NCBI RefSeq assembly: GCF_000737315.1
Contig: NZ_JMCB01000008.1
Location: 248,001-312,000, forward strand
Length of the DNA stretch: 64,000 nucleotides
Reading direction: 5' to 3'
Origin: Hyalangium minutum
Lineage (GTDB): Bacteria; Myxococcota; Myxococcia; Myxococcales; Myxococcaceae
Shown here: positions 19,458 to 30,191 of the stretch, piece after piece
Layout: every line of letters begins with the position of its first letter
Numbering within the stretch: position 1 is the stretch's first letter
Made by a program: the position numbers and the translations under genes
Notes under the pieces: model-generated
What the model saw: the letters and a program-made list of their open reading frames with translations, nothing else
Told to the model about the DNA's origin: nothing
Databases searched by the model: none

Positions 19458-19748
19458 GAGCCCAGCGTACCCCCTGGGCTCTCGCCTGTGTGAGAGAGCT
19501 TGCTTGACTCGCGTACAGAGGCTCTCTACCGTCTCCAAGACGATGCTTCTCTTCTGTGCCCGCTCCATGACGTTCGCCTGCGGCTGTTGTTGCCGCGGCG
19601 TACGCTGTTAGCGCTGGCGTGAAGAGACCGCTCCCGCTGTTCCCCTGAGCCTCTGCCGCCGACGCCGCTGGCCCCACGCCAGCGCCCGCGCGTCCGCCGT
19701 GCTCCCCGCCCAGTTCCCCGCCGTCCCCCCGCATGTCCTGGAGTGCCC

Positions 19749-20831
19749 ATGCCCATCACCCGCCTCGAACCCCATGATGACTACCTGCGCGTCCACTTCA
19801 CTCCGGGAGAAGGACCTCGCCACGCCGACTTCCACTGGTTCTGGCTGCGGCACAACTCCGAGCTGGACCGGCACCCACTCACGAACGAGCGCATCGTCTG
19901 CTCGTCGGAGCTGCCGCTCGATCCCCAGCCCAAGGCCGTGCGCATCGGCGAGGGCGCGGATTCCTTGGACATCGACTGGGGCGACCGGGCCGACGGCAAG
20001 GTGAGCCGCTACGCCTCCACCTGGCTGCAGGCCCATGCCTACGCGGCCGAGCGCGAACCCGCGCCCCCGCCCCCGTCGGATCCGGCCACCATCACCGTGG
20101 ACTCCCACACGCTCGACGAGCCGCTCGGGCCACGGATCCGAAGCACGCTGGCGCGCACGGGGCTTCTGGTGGTGAGGGGGTTCGGGCTCGACACGGAGGC
20201 GATCATCCAGACGTTGGAGCGAGAGGGGCTCTCCGTCATCGGCACGCACTTCGGGCGCATCGAGGATCTGCGCACCGACAACACGACGAACCAGAACACG
20301 GACCAGCTTGGCTACACGGACAGCGCCATCCAGCTGCACACGGATCAGCCCTTCCTGGAGCGGCCTCCTCGCTACCAACTGCTGCACAGCCAGCAGCCCG
20401 CAGAGACGGGCGGAGAGAACTTCGTGGTGGATGCGCTGGCAGCGGCGAACCACCTGGCCGAGCTGGATCGGCCGGCCTTCGAGCTGCTGCGCACGGTGCC
20501 GGTGACGTTCCACCGGAAGCAGAAATCCTTCGAGAAGGTGCTCGTGTCGCCCATCCTGGACTTCAGCGCGCCGGGAGGCTTTCGCATCCGGTACAGCTAC
20601 TTCACGCTGGCGCCGTACCGGCGGCCGTTCGCGGAGATGGAGGCGTGGTACCGGGCGTACAACCGCTTCGCGAAGCTGGTGAGGGACGAGCGCCACCAAT
20701 ACCGGTTCCTGCTCCGGGAGGGCGACTTCCTCATCTATGACAACTGGCGGATGCTTCACGCGCGGACGTCGTTCACCGGGGCGCGCTGGGTGCGAGGCGT
20801 CTACTTCGATTCCGCCCCTCTGGCGGCCTGA
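19749..20831 (+). CDS. Fe(II)/2-oxoglutarate dioxygenase, TauD/gamma-butyrobetaine hydroxylase-like
   Basis: N-terminal WLRHN..DRH segment, HTD iron motif, DNWRMLHAR. Confidence 0.85.
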   Translation: MPITRLEPHDDYLRVHFTPGEGPRHADFHWFWLRHNSELDRHPLTNERIVCSSELPLDPQPKAVRIGEGADSLDIDWGDRADGKVSRYASTWLQAHAYAAEREPAPPPPSDPATITVDSHTLDEPLGPRIRSTLARTGLLVVRGFGLDTEAIIQTLEREGLSVIGTHFGRIEDLRTDNTTNQNTDQLGYTDSAIQLHTDQPFLERPPRYQLLHSQQPAETGGENFVVDALAAANHLAELDRPAFELLRTVPVTFHRKQKSFEKVLVSPILDFSAPGGFRIRYSYFTLAPYRRPFAEMEAWYRAYNRFAKLVRDERHQYRFLLREGDFLIYDNWRMLHARTSFTGARWVRGVYFDSAPLAA

Positions 20832-20891
20832 CCTCGGTAGTCTGCTCCCGCCGCCCTCCCCTCCTGGGAGGGCCGAGTCACGGGAGAGCAC

Positions 20892-22004
20892 ATGGACGTT
20901 CGTGCAGCGGTCGCGTTCGAGGCGGGCAAGCCCCTGAGCATCGAGACAGTGCAGCTCGAGGGCCCCAAGGCTGGAGAGGTTCTCATCGAGCTGAAGGCCA
21001 CGGGTGTCTGCCACACCGACGACTACACGCTGTCCGGGAAGGATCCGGAGGGGCTCTTCCCGGCGATCCTCGGGCACGAGGGCGCGGGGATTGTGGTGGA
21101 CGTGGGGCCGGGGGTGACGTCGGTGAAGAAGGGCGACCACGTCATTCCGCTGTACACGCCCGAGTGCCGGCAGTGTGAGTACTGCCTGTCCCGGAAGACG
21201 AACCTGTGTCAGGCGATCCGGTCGACGCAGGGCCAGGGGCTGATGCCGGACGGGACGAGCCGGTTCCGGATTGGGAACCAGCGCATCCACCACTACATGG
21301 GGACGTCGACGTTCGCGCAGTTCACGGTGCTGCCGGAGATCGCGGTGGCGAAGATCCGGGAGGACGCTCCTTTCGAGAAGGTCTGCTACATCGGCTGCGG
21401 GGTGACCACAGGCATCGGAGCCGTCGTGTACACGGCGAAGGTGACGCCGGGGAGCAAGGTGGTGGTGTTCGGCCTGGGAGGCATCGGGCTGAACGTGGTG
21501 CAGGGGGCGCGGATGGTAGGGGCGGACATGATCATCGGGGTGGACATCAACCCGGGGCGCAAGGAGATGGCTCAGCGGTTCGGGATGACGCACTTCGTGA
21601 ACCCGCGCGAGGTGGGGGGCGACCTGGTGAAGTACCTGGTGGACCTGACGAAGGGCGGCGCGGACTACAGCTTCGAGTGCATCGGGGACGTGAAGGTGAT
21701 GCGGCAGGCGCTGGAGTGCTGCCACAAGGGCTGGGGCGAGAGCATCATCATCGGAGTGGCGGCGGCGGGGCAGGAGATCAGCACGCGGCCATTCCAGCTG
21801 GTGACGGGGCGGGTGTGGAAGGGCTCGGCGTTCGGCGGAGCGCGAGGGCGCACGGACGTGCCGAAGATCGTGGACTGGTACATGGAGGGGAAGATCCAGA
21901 TCGATCCGCTGATCACGCACATGGTGCCGCTGGAGGGCATCGGCGAGACGTTCGACTTGATGCACCGGGGCCAGTCCATCCGCAGCGTGGTGAAGTACTC
22001 ATGA
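20892..22004 (+). CDS. frmA: S-(hydroxymethyl)glutathione dehydrogenase / class III alcohol dehydrogenase
   Basis: [35 protein letters not shown]. Confidence 0.95.
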   Translation: MDVRAAVAFEAGKPLSIETVQLEGPKAGEVLIELKATGVCHTDDYTLSGKDPEGLFPAILGHEGAGIVVDVGPGVTSVKKGDHVIPLYTPECRQCEYCLSRKTNLCQAIRSTQGQGLMPDGTSRFRIGNQRIHHYMGTSTFAQFTVLPEIAVAKIREDAPFEKVCYIGCGVTTGIGAVVYTAKVTPGSKVVVFGLGGIGLNVVQGARMVGADMIIGVDINPGRKEMAQRFGMTHFVNPREVGGDLVKYLVDLTKGGADYSFECIGDVKVMRQALECCHKGWGESIIIGVAAAGQEISTRPFQLVTGRVWKGSAFGGARGRTDVPKIVDWYMEGKIQIDPLITHMVPLEGIGETFDLMHRGQSIRSVVKYS

Positions 22005-22852
22005 CAGTGCCGCTGACGTTGCTCTCGGAGCACCGCTGCTTCGGCGGCACGACGGCGTTCTACAAGCATGCCTCGGAGGCGTGCGGGGGCGAGATGCGCT
22101 TCGGCGTGTACGTGCCCCCGCAGGCGGCGACGCGCAAGGTGCCAGTGCTCTACTACCTGGCGGGCCTCACCTGCACGGAGGAGACATTCCTCATGAAGGG
22201 AGGGGCGCAGCGGGTGGCCGCGGAGCTGGGGTTGATGCTGGTGGCGCCGGACACGAGCCCTCGGGGGGCGGGCTTCCCGGGGGAGACGGACTCGTGGGAC
22301 TTCGGCGTGGGAGCGGGCTTCTACGTGGATGCCACGCAGGCGCCGTGGTCCTCGCGCTACCGGATGTTCACGTACGTCACGAAGGAGCTGCCCGAGCTGG
22401 TGGGCGCGCACCTGCCGGCGCGCATGGACCGGGAGGGCCTCTTCGGACACTCGATGGGAGGCCACGGGGCGCTGGTGTGCGCATTGCGGCAGCCGGGGCG
22501 GTACCGCTCGGTGTCCGCGTTCGCGCCCATCTCCGCGCCGATGCAGTCGCCGTGGGGCCACAAGGCCTTCGGCGGCTATCTGGGGCCGGATCAGGAGAAG
22601 TGGCGGGAGTGGGATGCGAGTGAGCTGATGCGCAAGCAGCGAGCCCCGCTTCCTCCGCTGCTGGTGGACCAGGGGACGAAGGACAAGTTCCTGACGGAGC
22701 AGCTGCGTCCGGAGTTGTTCCAGGACGCCTGCGCGGCTGCGGGCCAGTCCCTGACGCTCAGGAAGCAGGAGGGGTACGACCACGGCTACTACTTCGTGTC
22801 GACGTTCATGGAGGACCACCTGCGCCACCACGCCGCGACACTGAACGCGTAG
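22001..22852 (+). CDS. fghA: S-formylglutathione hydrolase
   Basis: [25 protein letters not shown]; ATGA overlap with frmA. Confidence 0.95.
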   Translation: MTVPLTLLSEHRCFGGTTAFYKHASEACGGEMRFGVYVPPQAATRKVPVLYYLAGLTCTEETFLMKGGAQRVAAELGLMLVAPDTSPRGAGFPGETDSWDFGVGAGFYVDATQAPWSSRYRMFTYVTKELPELVGAHLPARMDREGLFGHSMGGHGALVCALRQPGRYRSVSAFAPISAPMQSPWGHKAFGGYLGPDQEKWREWDASELMRKQRAPLPPLLVDQGTKDKFLTEQLRPELFQDACAAAGQSLTLRKQEGYDHGYYFVSTFMEDHLRHHAATLNA

Positions 22853-22866
22853 AAGGAGCGCCATCC

Positions 22867-23850
22867 ATGGTCACGACCGTCTCGCAGCTCGAAGCGTGCG
22901 TAGGGGCACCGGCCCTGCCGGTGAAGATGAAGCAGATTGACCACCTGGACCCGCTCGCGCGGGCCTGGGTGGCGGCGAGTCCGCTGGCGGCCGTGGTCGT
23001 CGCGGGTGCTCGGGGAATCTCTGTCACGCTGGCGGGCGGGGAGCCTGGGTTCATCAAGACGGAGGAGCGAGCACTGTCGCTGAAGCGCGAGCTGCTCGAT
23101 GGGCCCTTCGAGGCCAGCCCCGGAGATGGCGTGGCCCTGCTGAGCTTGGTGCCGGGCACGACCGAGACACTGCGCATCAACGGACGGGTGACGGCCTCTG
23201 ACACGGAGCTTCGCATTGCCGTCGAGGAGTGCTTCGTCCACTGCGGCAAGGCGATGATCCGCTCATCCTTCTGGGCACCGGAAGCCAGCGCTGCGGGAGA
23301 GGCCCTGGCCACGGCGCGCTTCTGCGTGCTGGCGACGGTGGACGCGGCGGGCCACGCGGATGCGAGCCCCAAGGGGGACCCGAGAGGGTTCCTGCTGCAG
23401 ATCGATGAGCGCACGGTCGCGCTGCCGGATCGTCCGGGCAACAAGCGCGCGGATGGGCACCGCAACGTGCTGGACAGCGGGAAGGCGGCGCTCCTGGCGC
23501 TGACGCCGGGGCAGCCCAAGGTGGTGCGCATTCAGGGAGCGGCCCGGCTCACCGCCGAGGAGGCCCTGCTGTCGCGCATGGCGGTGGACAACAAGAAGCC
23601 AATCATTGCGACGTTGCTCGACATCCAGGAGCGAGCTGAGTTCGCCTCCGAGGCACTGGTGCGCGCCCGGCCCTGGGCGCCCGAGCGAGTGCCAGCCCCA
23701 GGGAAGTGCCCGACTCCGGCGGAGCTGCTGGCCGCCCACGTCAAGCTCAACAAGACCCAGGGCCTGGCAGCGACGGCGGTACGGCTCGCGGTAAGGCCCT
23801 CCCTCGTCAACCAGGGCCTCGCGCACGACTACCGCATCAACCTGTACTGA
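22867..23850 (+). CDS. Pyridoxamine 5'-phosphate oxidase-like protein (tandem FMN-binding split barrels)
   Basis: ETLRINGR, HCGKAMIRS, DASPKGD, LPDRPGNKRAD. Confidence 0.8.
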   Translation: MVTTVSQLEACVGAPALPVKMKQIDHLDPLARAWVAASPLAAVVVAGARGISVTLAGGEPGFIKTEERALSLKRELLDGPFEASPGDGVALLSLVPGTTETLRINGRVTASDTELRIAVEECFVHCGKAMIRSSFWAPEASAAGEALATARFCVLATVDAAGHADASPKGDPRGFLLQIDERTVALPDRPGNKRADGHRNVLDSGKAALLALTPGQPKVVRIQGAARLTAEEALLSRMAVDNKKPIIATLLDIQERAEFASEALVRARPWAPERVPAPGKCPTPAELLAAHVKLNKTQGLAATAVRLAVRPSLVNQGLAHDYRINLY

Positions 23851-23880
23851 GTGCGGAGCAATATGACTCGCTCATGGATA

Positions 23881-24255
23881 ATGCGAGGTGTCTTGTTTCT
23901 GGGTCTATCTGCCACTCCAAGCGCGGCGCAGGCCCCTGACTGCCAGAACACTTACGACTGTTGTATCAAGCGCAATCTAGCCAATCCAGAAATCTGCGGC
24001 GCCAAGCCTACGCCAAGTCCGCCCAAATCCACTCCCGAGCGGCCACCTACTCCTCCACTTTTGCCTCATCAGGGCGAAGCCAAACGCCCTGTAAACAAAG
24101 AGCGTTGTCTTGATTCCTGTGCCGCGGGAGGACAGGTGTTCATCCAGTTCTGCAACGATATCAAAGACGCCCAAACACGCGCTGCGTGCTTCTCGAAAAT
24201 CAACGAGAGCGAAACAAGCTGCCGCAACTTCTGTTTCAATTATTTCGGTGGCTAG
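23881..24255 (+). CDS. Small Cys-rich exported protein (candidate toxin)
   Basis: Signal-like N-terminus, CxxxxxCCxxxxxxxxxxC segment, Pro linker, six-Cys C-terminal domain; more AT-rich than core genes. Confidence 0.55.
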   Translation: MRGVLFLGLSATPSAAQAPDCQNTYDCCIKRNLANPEICGAKPTPSPPKSTPERPPTPPLLPHQGEAKRPVNKERCLDSCAAGGQVFIQFCNDIKDAQTRAACFSKINESETSCRNFCFNYFGG

Positions 24256-24266
24256 AGGCCCACGAC

Positions 24267-24698
24267 ATGCCCACAGAAACCCGCCTCCCGCGAGGCACAA
24301 AGCCATCAGGCCCTATCATGGCAGAACGTCGCCTAGAGCTGACAAATAGGCCAGGTAAACATGCCATCGTTCGTGTCCGAAAGCCCGCCAGGGACTCAAA
24401 GACTGGGAACTATAAGTGCAGTGTCGAGTGGGTCCACCCAGAGGAGCGGGAGTTGTTCGAACTCTGGGGAATCGACTCAATGCAGGCTCTTCAGTTGGCA
24501 ATCCGTGCTGCTGGGGAATTGACCAAAATCCATGAAGAAAACCTGCGTTGGAGTGGTGGGCTGGAAGGGTATCTCGGATTCCCCAAGTTTTATCCAGAGC
24601 ATCTCCCCAAAGGGCTCTTGCAAAAGCTTGAACGCATGATCGAACGAGAACTTGCCGCCCACATGCGAAAACTTGAGCTGGCAGCGAGGCGCCGCTGA
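24267..24698 (+). CDS. DUF6968-like hypothetical protein (candidate immunity)
   Basis: WGIDSMQALQLA motif and GYLGFP; follows the Cys-rich gene after 11 nt. Confidence 0.55.
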   Translation: MPTETRLPRGTKPSGPIMAERRLELTNRPGKHAIVRVRKPARDSKTGNYKCSVEWVHPEERELFELWGIDSMQALQLAIRAAGELTKIHEENLRWSGGLEGYLGFPKFYPEHLPKGLLQKLERMIERELAAHMRKLELAARRR

Positions 24699-24794
24699 GA
24701 ACCGTCAAACGTCAAACCTTGGGCCCCATGAGAGTACTTCCCTCACCAGGGACCTAGAATCGGCCCATTGTTCCGCCGCGCCCTCGGTTGGTAG

Positions 24795-25541
<747 letters not shown>

Positions 25542-25548
25542 CGCCCCC

Positions 25549-25594
25549 CTATCCCCGCACCTCCACCTCGCGCACCTCGGGAGACACCTCCCGG
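25549..25594 (-). repeat. Displaced copy of the rtcA 3' end (left direct repeat)
   Basis: Minus strand encodes REVSPEVREVEVRG*, identical to the RtcA C-terminus at 30192-30237; 41/46 nt identical. Confidence 0.9.
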
Positions 25595-25691
25595 TCTGGA
25601 AACCCGCTAACCTAAGCACGCGACGGCGCAAGCAGGCGGACAGAGCCGACGGCTCTCGGAGCGGTAGTACCCAGCGTAGACTGCACTGAGC

Positions 25692-26360
25692 ATGCACCGT
25701 CTACTCCTGTTCCTCCCGCTCGCCACTGTCCTGGGTTGTGCCTCGCCGGCCCCCAGAACGTACTCCCAAGCTGTTCCTGGGCCTGCCTTCCCTGCCCCAC
25801 CCATGGCCCCAGTGGGACGAGGGGCGCCCGTGGTGGGGCAGCCTGGCGCGCAGCAGCCTCAGCCCTACCCCCGAAGCCCCCACACGCGCCCGCTGCCGCC
25901 CGCTGCCGAGCCCGGTCTCTGGGCGGGGGACGAGCCGAGGGCGAGCCGCTCGAGCAAGCCACGCCCACCAGAACTCTTCGGGGTGGCGCTGCCTAGCTTG
26001 CCCATCTCGGACACGCAGTTGGACGTGGGCCCCGCACGCGCCTGTGCAGAAGAATGGCGCCTCGCGCTCCCTGGAACGGGGTTGGATGCACGGGTACAAG
26101 CCCTCCGACAGCCAGCTCGGCAATGCATGGTGGCGCGCATGTTCCTCTTCTGCACGAGCGTCGTCGCGGAGTTGGACGACATCACCACCGAGGATGGCGT
26201 GGTGGTGCTGCAAGCGAGGCGAATGCGGGAGAACTTCCAGCGGGGCGCAGAGCGCTTTGCTCGGGAGTCGTGTGACGGGACGCAGTGGACGGCCGAGTAT
26301 CGCCGACTGTTGGACGCTCTCGCCGCCGCTCTCATCGCCCAAATGCACAGGTCAGAGTAG
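25692..26360 (+). CDS. Hypothetical lipoprotein
   Basis: Lipobox VLGC, Pro-rich region, Cys-containing helical C-terminus. Confidence 0.65.
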   Translation: MHRLLLFLPLATVLGCASPAPRTYSQAVPGPAFPAPPMAPVGRGAPVVGQPGAQQPQPYPRSPHTRPLPPAAEPGLWAGDEPRASRSSKPRPPELFGVALPSLPISDTQLDVGPARACAEEWRLALPGTGLDARVQALRQPARQCMVARMFLFCTSVVAELDDITTEDGVVVLQARRMRENFQRGAERFARESCDGTQWTAEYRRLLDALAAALIAQMHRSE

Positions 26361-26372
26361 GTATCAGACCCC

Positions 26373-26564
26373 ATGACGACTCCCAGCGATCCTCCTCCTG
26401 AGTTCGTTGCAGAGGCCCTGCAGCGCGTCCACGAGGGCATTCAAGAGAAGTTGGCGACAATGCCCCCAGAAGAGGGGCGCAAGTGGCTGGAACGTCTCTT
26501 GGCTAGGTTCATGGGCAACCCGGTGATCATCGAGACTCCAAAGCCCGGCGACGATGGAGAGTGA
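26373..26564 (+). CDS. Small hypothetical protein
   Basis: 63-aa ORF 12 nt downstream of the lipoprotein. Confidence 0.45.
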   Translation: MTTPSDPPPEFVAEALQRVHEGIQEKLATMPPEEGRKWLERLLARFMGNPVIIETPKPGDDGE

Positions 26565-26674
26565 GGGGAGCCGCACGGTGTGACAGGTGCATGGGCACCC
26601 GGAGCGGCCCCTTTCTGGCGCCCTACCCGCCTCCCAGAGTAGGGTCCCTGACGCCCTACCCGTCAGGAGGCCTC

Positions 26675-28084
26675 ATGCACGAAGACCTGCCCTCCCTCAG
26701 CTCGACCGTGGGCCCTTGGCGCATCCTCGATCGCCTCGACTCAGGCTCTTATGGGGTGGTGTTCCGAGCACAGCGCGCCGCCTCACCCGAGTCCCCGCCT
26801 GTGGCGCTCAAGGTCGCCAAGTGGCCTGAAGACCCTCGCTTCGAGAGAGAGACCGAGGCGCTCCAGCGCAGCCACCACCCGTCCATCCCTCGCTACGAGG
26901 ACAGGGGGGTGTGGACGAGCTCGACGGGCGAGAACTACCCCTACCTGGTCATGGAGGCGGTGGAGGGCTCCACCCTCTACGAGTGGTTCCGGCAGCAACC
27001 GCGCTCCAGCTTGGACGTGCTGCGGGTAGTGGCGCAGTTGGCAGGGGCCCTGACCTCCGCGCATGGCCGAGGCGTCATCCACCGCGACGTGAAGGGAGCC
27101 AACATCCGCGTCACTCCCGAAGGCCGTGCGGTGCTCCTGGACTGGGGAAGTTGCTGGTTGCCCTCGGCCCGGTCCTTGACGGACACGCCAGCGCCCCCTG
27201 GAACCAGCGCCTATCGCCCCCCCGAGCAGCGAGGGTTCATCTACGCCCACCGCAAGGACGTAGATGCACGATGGGCGTCTCGTCCCTCGGATGATTTGTA
27301 CGCCCTCGGTATCACCCTCTACCGGCTTGTCACGGGGACCTACCCGCCTCCGTGCACGGACGGCATAGGCCTCGTGGAGCGAGAGCTACTCAAGCCCTCG
27401 GTACTGGCAACGGTGAGCCCCGCTCTTGAGGCTCTCATCCTGCGGCTGCTCTCCGACGAACGAGCTGCTCGGGGCACTGCGGGGCAGCTCATGCGCGACG
27501 CCTTGCGGTTGGTGCATGCAGGAGGGGTTGACCCGCAGAAGCCCATCCTCTCTCTCCTATCCAGAAGCTCCGCCGCAGAAGACTGGAGCTCTTCGGACAA
27601 CAGCTACGACGAAGAGGACATCTCCGACACTGACCCGGCGCCCATACGGCGTGAGGGCTGGCTGCCCCCCATTTCTCCTACCTGGGCTCGTCTGTCTGTC
27701 ATGGGCTGCGCCGCGATGGCCTTCGTGTTTCTTGTAGTGTGCCCCGAGCCAAAGCAGCCGCCCCCGGCATGGCAGTCAACGCTCGAGGAGGTGGCACCAT
27801 TCGCCCCTGACGCGGGAATCGGGGAAGAGGCCCTGACGAGCGTTCAGAACGTCCCCAGCGTGGGACAGCCGAGCAACTCGTTTGGCAAGTCCATGCCCAA
27901 AAAGCCTTTTCCAGGTCAGCGCCGCCCACCGTGCGAGCGCGGAGAAAGGGAGATCAACGGCAGTTGCTGGGTGGAAATCGGAAGGGAGACGCCACCGTGT
28001 GGTGACAAGATGTATGACTACGAGGGCTACTGCTACAAGCCGTCCGTTGACATGCCTCGTGGTCCAACTTCCGGAGAACCCTAA
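26675..28084 (+). CDS. Membrane-anchored Ser/Thr protein kinase (paralog of 3981-5387)
   Basis: GSYGVVF, VALK, HRDVKG, DWG, DLYALG; GGAGG RBS; shared C-terminal GQRRPPC..EINGSCW..PPC..CY. Confidence 0.88.
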   Translation: MHEDLPSLSSTVGPWRILDRLDSGSYGVVFRAQRAASPESPPVALKVAKWPEDPRFERETEALQRSHHPSIPRYEDRGVWTSSTGENYPYLVMEAVEGSTLYEWFRQQPRSSLDVLRVVAQLAGALTSAHGRGVIHRDVKGANIRVTPEGRAVLLDWGSCWLPSARSLTDTPAPPGTSAYRPPEQRGFIYAHRKDVDARWASRPSDDLYALGITLYRLVTGTYPPPCTDGIGLVERELLKPSVLATVSPALEALILRLLSDERAARGTAGQLMRDALRLVHAGGVDPQKPILSLLSRSSAAEDWSSSDNSYDEEDISDTDPAPIRREGWLPPISPTWARLSVMGCAAMAFVFLVVCPEPKQPPPAWQSTLEEVAPFAPDAGIGEEALTSVQNVPSVGQPSNSFGKSMPKKPFPGQRRPPCERGEREINGSCWVEIGRETPPCGDKMYDYEGYCYKPSVDMPRGPTSGEP

Positions 28085-28085
28085 G

Positions 28086-28649
28086 CTAGACCTCCTCGAA
28101 CCTCGTGCCCGTGGCTCCCATGCGCTCCAAGGCATCCTTGATCTCCCCGGAGACGATCAGCGAACTCCGCCACCCCTCAAGACGGAACACCCGAGTGCCT
28201 CCCACTTTGCTCTTGTCGATGCGCAGATCGCGTACGGAGGCATACTGGCCGACCTTATGAGGGACTCCGTCCTCGTGCGTCCAGAGCCGAATGCGGGACG
28301 CCTTCTCGTCGATACAGCGAATCAGGCGTGTGGCCACGAGGATGAGGTACTGATCCGGATGGCCCTCCACGTCCACGGGGATCAGTTGCACGTCGTCCGG
28401 GGCCAGCTCCGCGAACATGGACGCGACCCGGACATGGACCACCGGGACGCTGACGTTCGCTTCCGTGTAGTCCAGTGGCTTGCCCGCGATCTCAACGGGG
28501 ATTCTCAAGCGTTCCTGGAGATGGACGGGTTCCCCGCGCCTGAACATCCTGTCGTCCACCTTCTGTCCGTAACTGTCTGTCGGCGTGTCCAGGTGCCAGC
28601 GATGCGGGAAGGTCACCTTGTCGGATAGCTCGAAATAACGCTTGGCCAT
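28086..28649 (-). CDS. Imm11/DUF1629-like immunity protein (SitI7-like)
   Basis: PVVHVRVA, LIPVDVEG, RLIRCIDE, RVFRLEGW, IVSGEIK; directly downstream of the AHH toxin. Confidence 0.8.
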   Translation of the reverse strand: MAKRYFELSDKVTFPHRWHLDTPTDSYGQKVDDRMFRRGEPVHLQERLRIPVEIAGKPLDYTEANVSVPVVHVRVASMFAELAPDDVQLIPVDVEGHPDQYLILVATRLIRCIDEKASRIRLWTHEDGVPHKVGQYASVRDLRIDKSKVGGTRVFRLEGWRSSLIVSGEIKDALERMGATGTRFEEV

Positions 28650-28670
28650 GGCCTCCATTTAGCGCGGGGG

Positions 28671-30023
28671 CTACTGGGTGACGAGTTGGTTCAGTTCTGC
28701 TCCAGGGGTGGCAATCTGCTTGGCTAACGCTCGGAGTGCTCCAGTCAACGCCTGACGGCACTCGACGACGGTGCGACAGGTTTCCGTGGCCTCGGTCAGT
28801 TCCTTGAGGATGATCTCATGATACCGCTCGGGGTGCGGTCCGTAGTGTCCCGATAGAGGCATCTTGTTCGCCGGGTCATCTAGCGACATTCCCGCCTTGG
28901 CGAAGATTGCTCGGAACCTTGGCGTCCACGGGCCCCCGCGCGCGGTGGACGTGTCGTTGCAGATGGTGGCGATGTGGTGCGTCTCGACGCAAGGGCCCTT
29001 GCCGCGACTGGGCTGCGCTGCCATGGCCACGGCGTTGGCGGGCAGCGTGATGCTCACGCCCTCGGCCGTGACCGCGATCTCCTCCATAGCCCCCAGCGCG
29101 GGCAGAGAGATTCCTGCTTGCCCCTCGGCCTGCATGGCCACCTGCGCCGAGCCGGGCAGCGTCGGCACCTTCGCAGCGAACAGTTGCGCCGTCGAGCCAA
29201 TGGCCGCCACCAGCAGCATGGCGAACGCGCGCGCTGCCTCTCGCCCGATGATCTTTCCGAAGCGCTCGCCCGCCTCGCGGATCTCCTCGAAGGTGGTTGC
29301 GGCCTTCGCCGCCTCCGTTAACTCAGCCCAACCCGTCACGAGGTTGCGGAGCGTGTCATAGCCCACATACAGCAGCATCCCGACGCCCAGCACCGCCACC
29401 AGCGCCGGAGCCACGGGATTGAGGAGCATGATCAACAGCATGGAACCCAACGTCCACAGGGCCGCGCTCATGAGCGCGCGAAATTCCACCATCTCACCCA
29501 GCGCATTCTTCATCTCGTCCAGCACCGGGCTCTTGCTCATCGCCAGTGCCCAGACGTAACGGCCTTGCATGTCCAGGTAGCGCCCTTCCACCAGCGCGCC
29601 CCCGAGACAGTCTCCATAGAAGTGGTAGGCGCTCTGGCACCAGAGCCGATAACGCTCCGCCAGCTCCAGATCCTCTTTCGTCAACGTGCCGTCCCAGGGC
29701 TCGCCGGGCCCTGCTGGCACCAGCTTCTTATCCCGCTGGAGGTAGAGGTAATTGCCGCTCTGCGGATCCATCTGAAACGCCTTTTCCGCCGTCTGGCGCG
29801 GAGTGCCTGTCAGCCGAACCTCGCGCGCAAGGCGCTTTACGGCCTGCTGGAACTCCTCTTCCTCCAGTTCCACTGGTTGCAGGTCAGCGGTGCGGGGAAC
29901 ATGGACGACGGCCTTGCCCTGGCCAGTGTCCTCCACGACGGAGACCCGAGGGATGCTGCTGCACCCCACGAGCAACACGAGGAACAGAGCTTCGGCCTTC
30001 CAGACCATCCGCCATGGCAGCAT
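28671..30023 (-). CDS. Polymorphic toxin lipoprotein with C-terminal AHH nuclease (SitA7-like)
   Basis: Lipobox LLVGC; C-terminal THHIAT...LDDPANK...HYGPHPERYH. Confidence 0.82.
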   Translation of the reverse strand: MLPWRMVWKAEALFLVLLVGCSSIPRVSVVEDTGQGKAVVHVPRTADLQPVELEEEEFQQAVKRLAREVRLTGTPRQTAEKAFQMDPQSGNYLYLQRDKKLVPAGPGEPWDGTLTKEDLELAERYRLWCQSAYHFYGDCLGGALVEGRYLDMQGRYVWALAMSKSPVLDEMKNALGEMVEFRALMSAALWTLGSMLLIMLLNPVAPALVAVLGVGMLLYVGYDTLRNLVTGWAELTEAAKAATTFEEIREAGERFGKIIGREAARAFAMLLVAAIGSTAQLFAAKVPTLPGSAQVAMQAEGQAGISLPALGAMEEIAVTAEGVSITLPANAVAMAAQPSRGKGPCVETHHIATICNDTSTARGGPWTPRFRAIFAKAGMSLDDPANKMPLSGHYGPHPERYHEIILKELTEATETCRTVVECRQALTGALRALAKQIATPGAELNQLVTQ

Positions 30024-30191
30024 GTGTCACCCCTTCTTGCGAGGAGGTGCTCAGGGTAGAGGGCAGCCACGGAGAAGAGGAGGAGCCGCCGGGTGACGCC
30101 CGTGCATCGCCTACGCCCCCCCTACGGGGGCAGCCTCCCTCCCAACACTGACGCCTCGACGCGTAATGCCTGAACGCTCCGTGTCAGGCCT

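Noticed and set aside
30113-30124. acgccccc(c)ta match to 25541-25551
   Set aside because: Short low-complexity match; not needed to explain the 46-bp direct repeat
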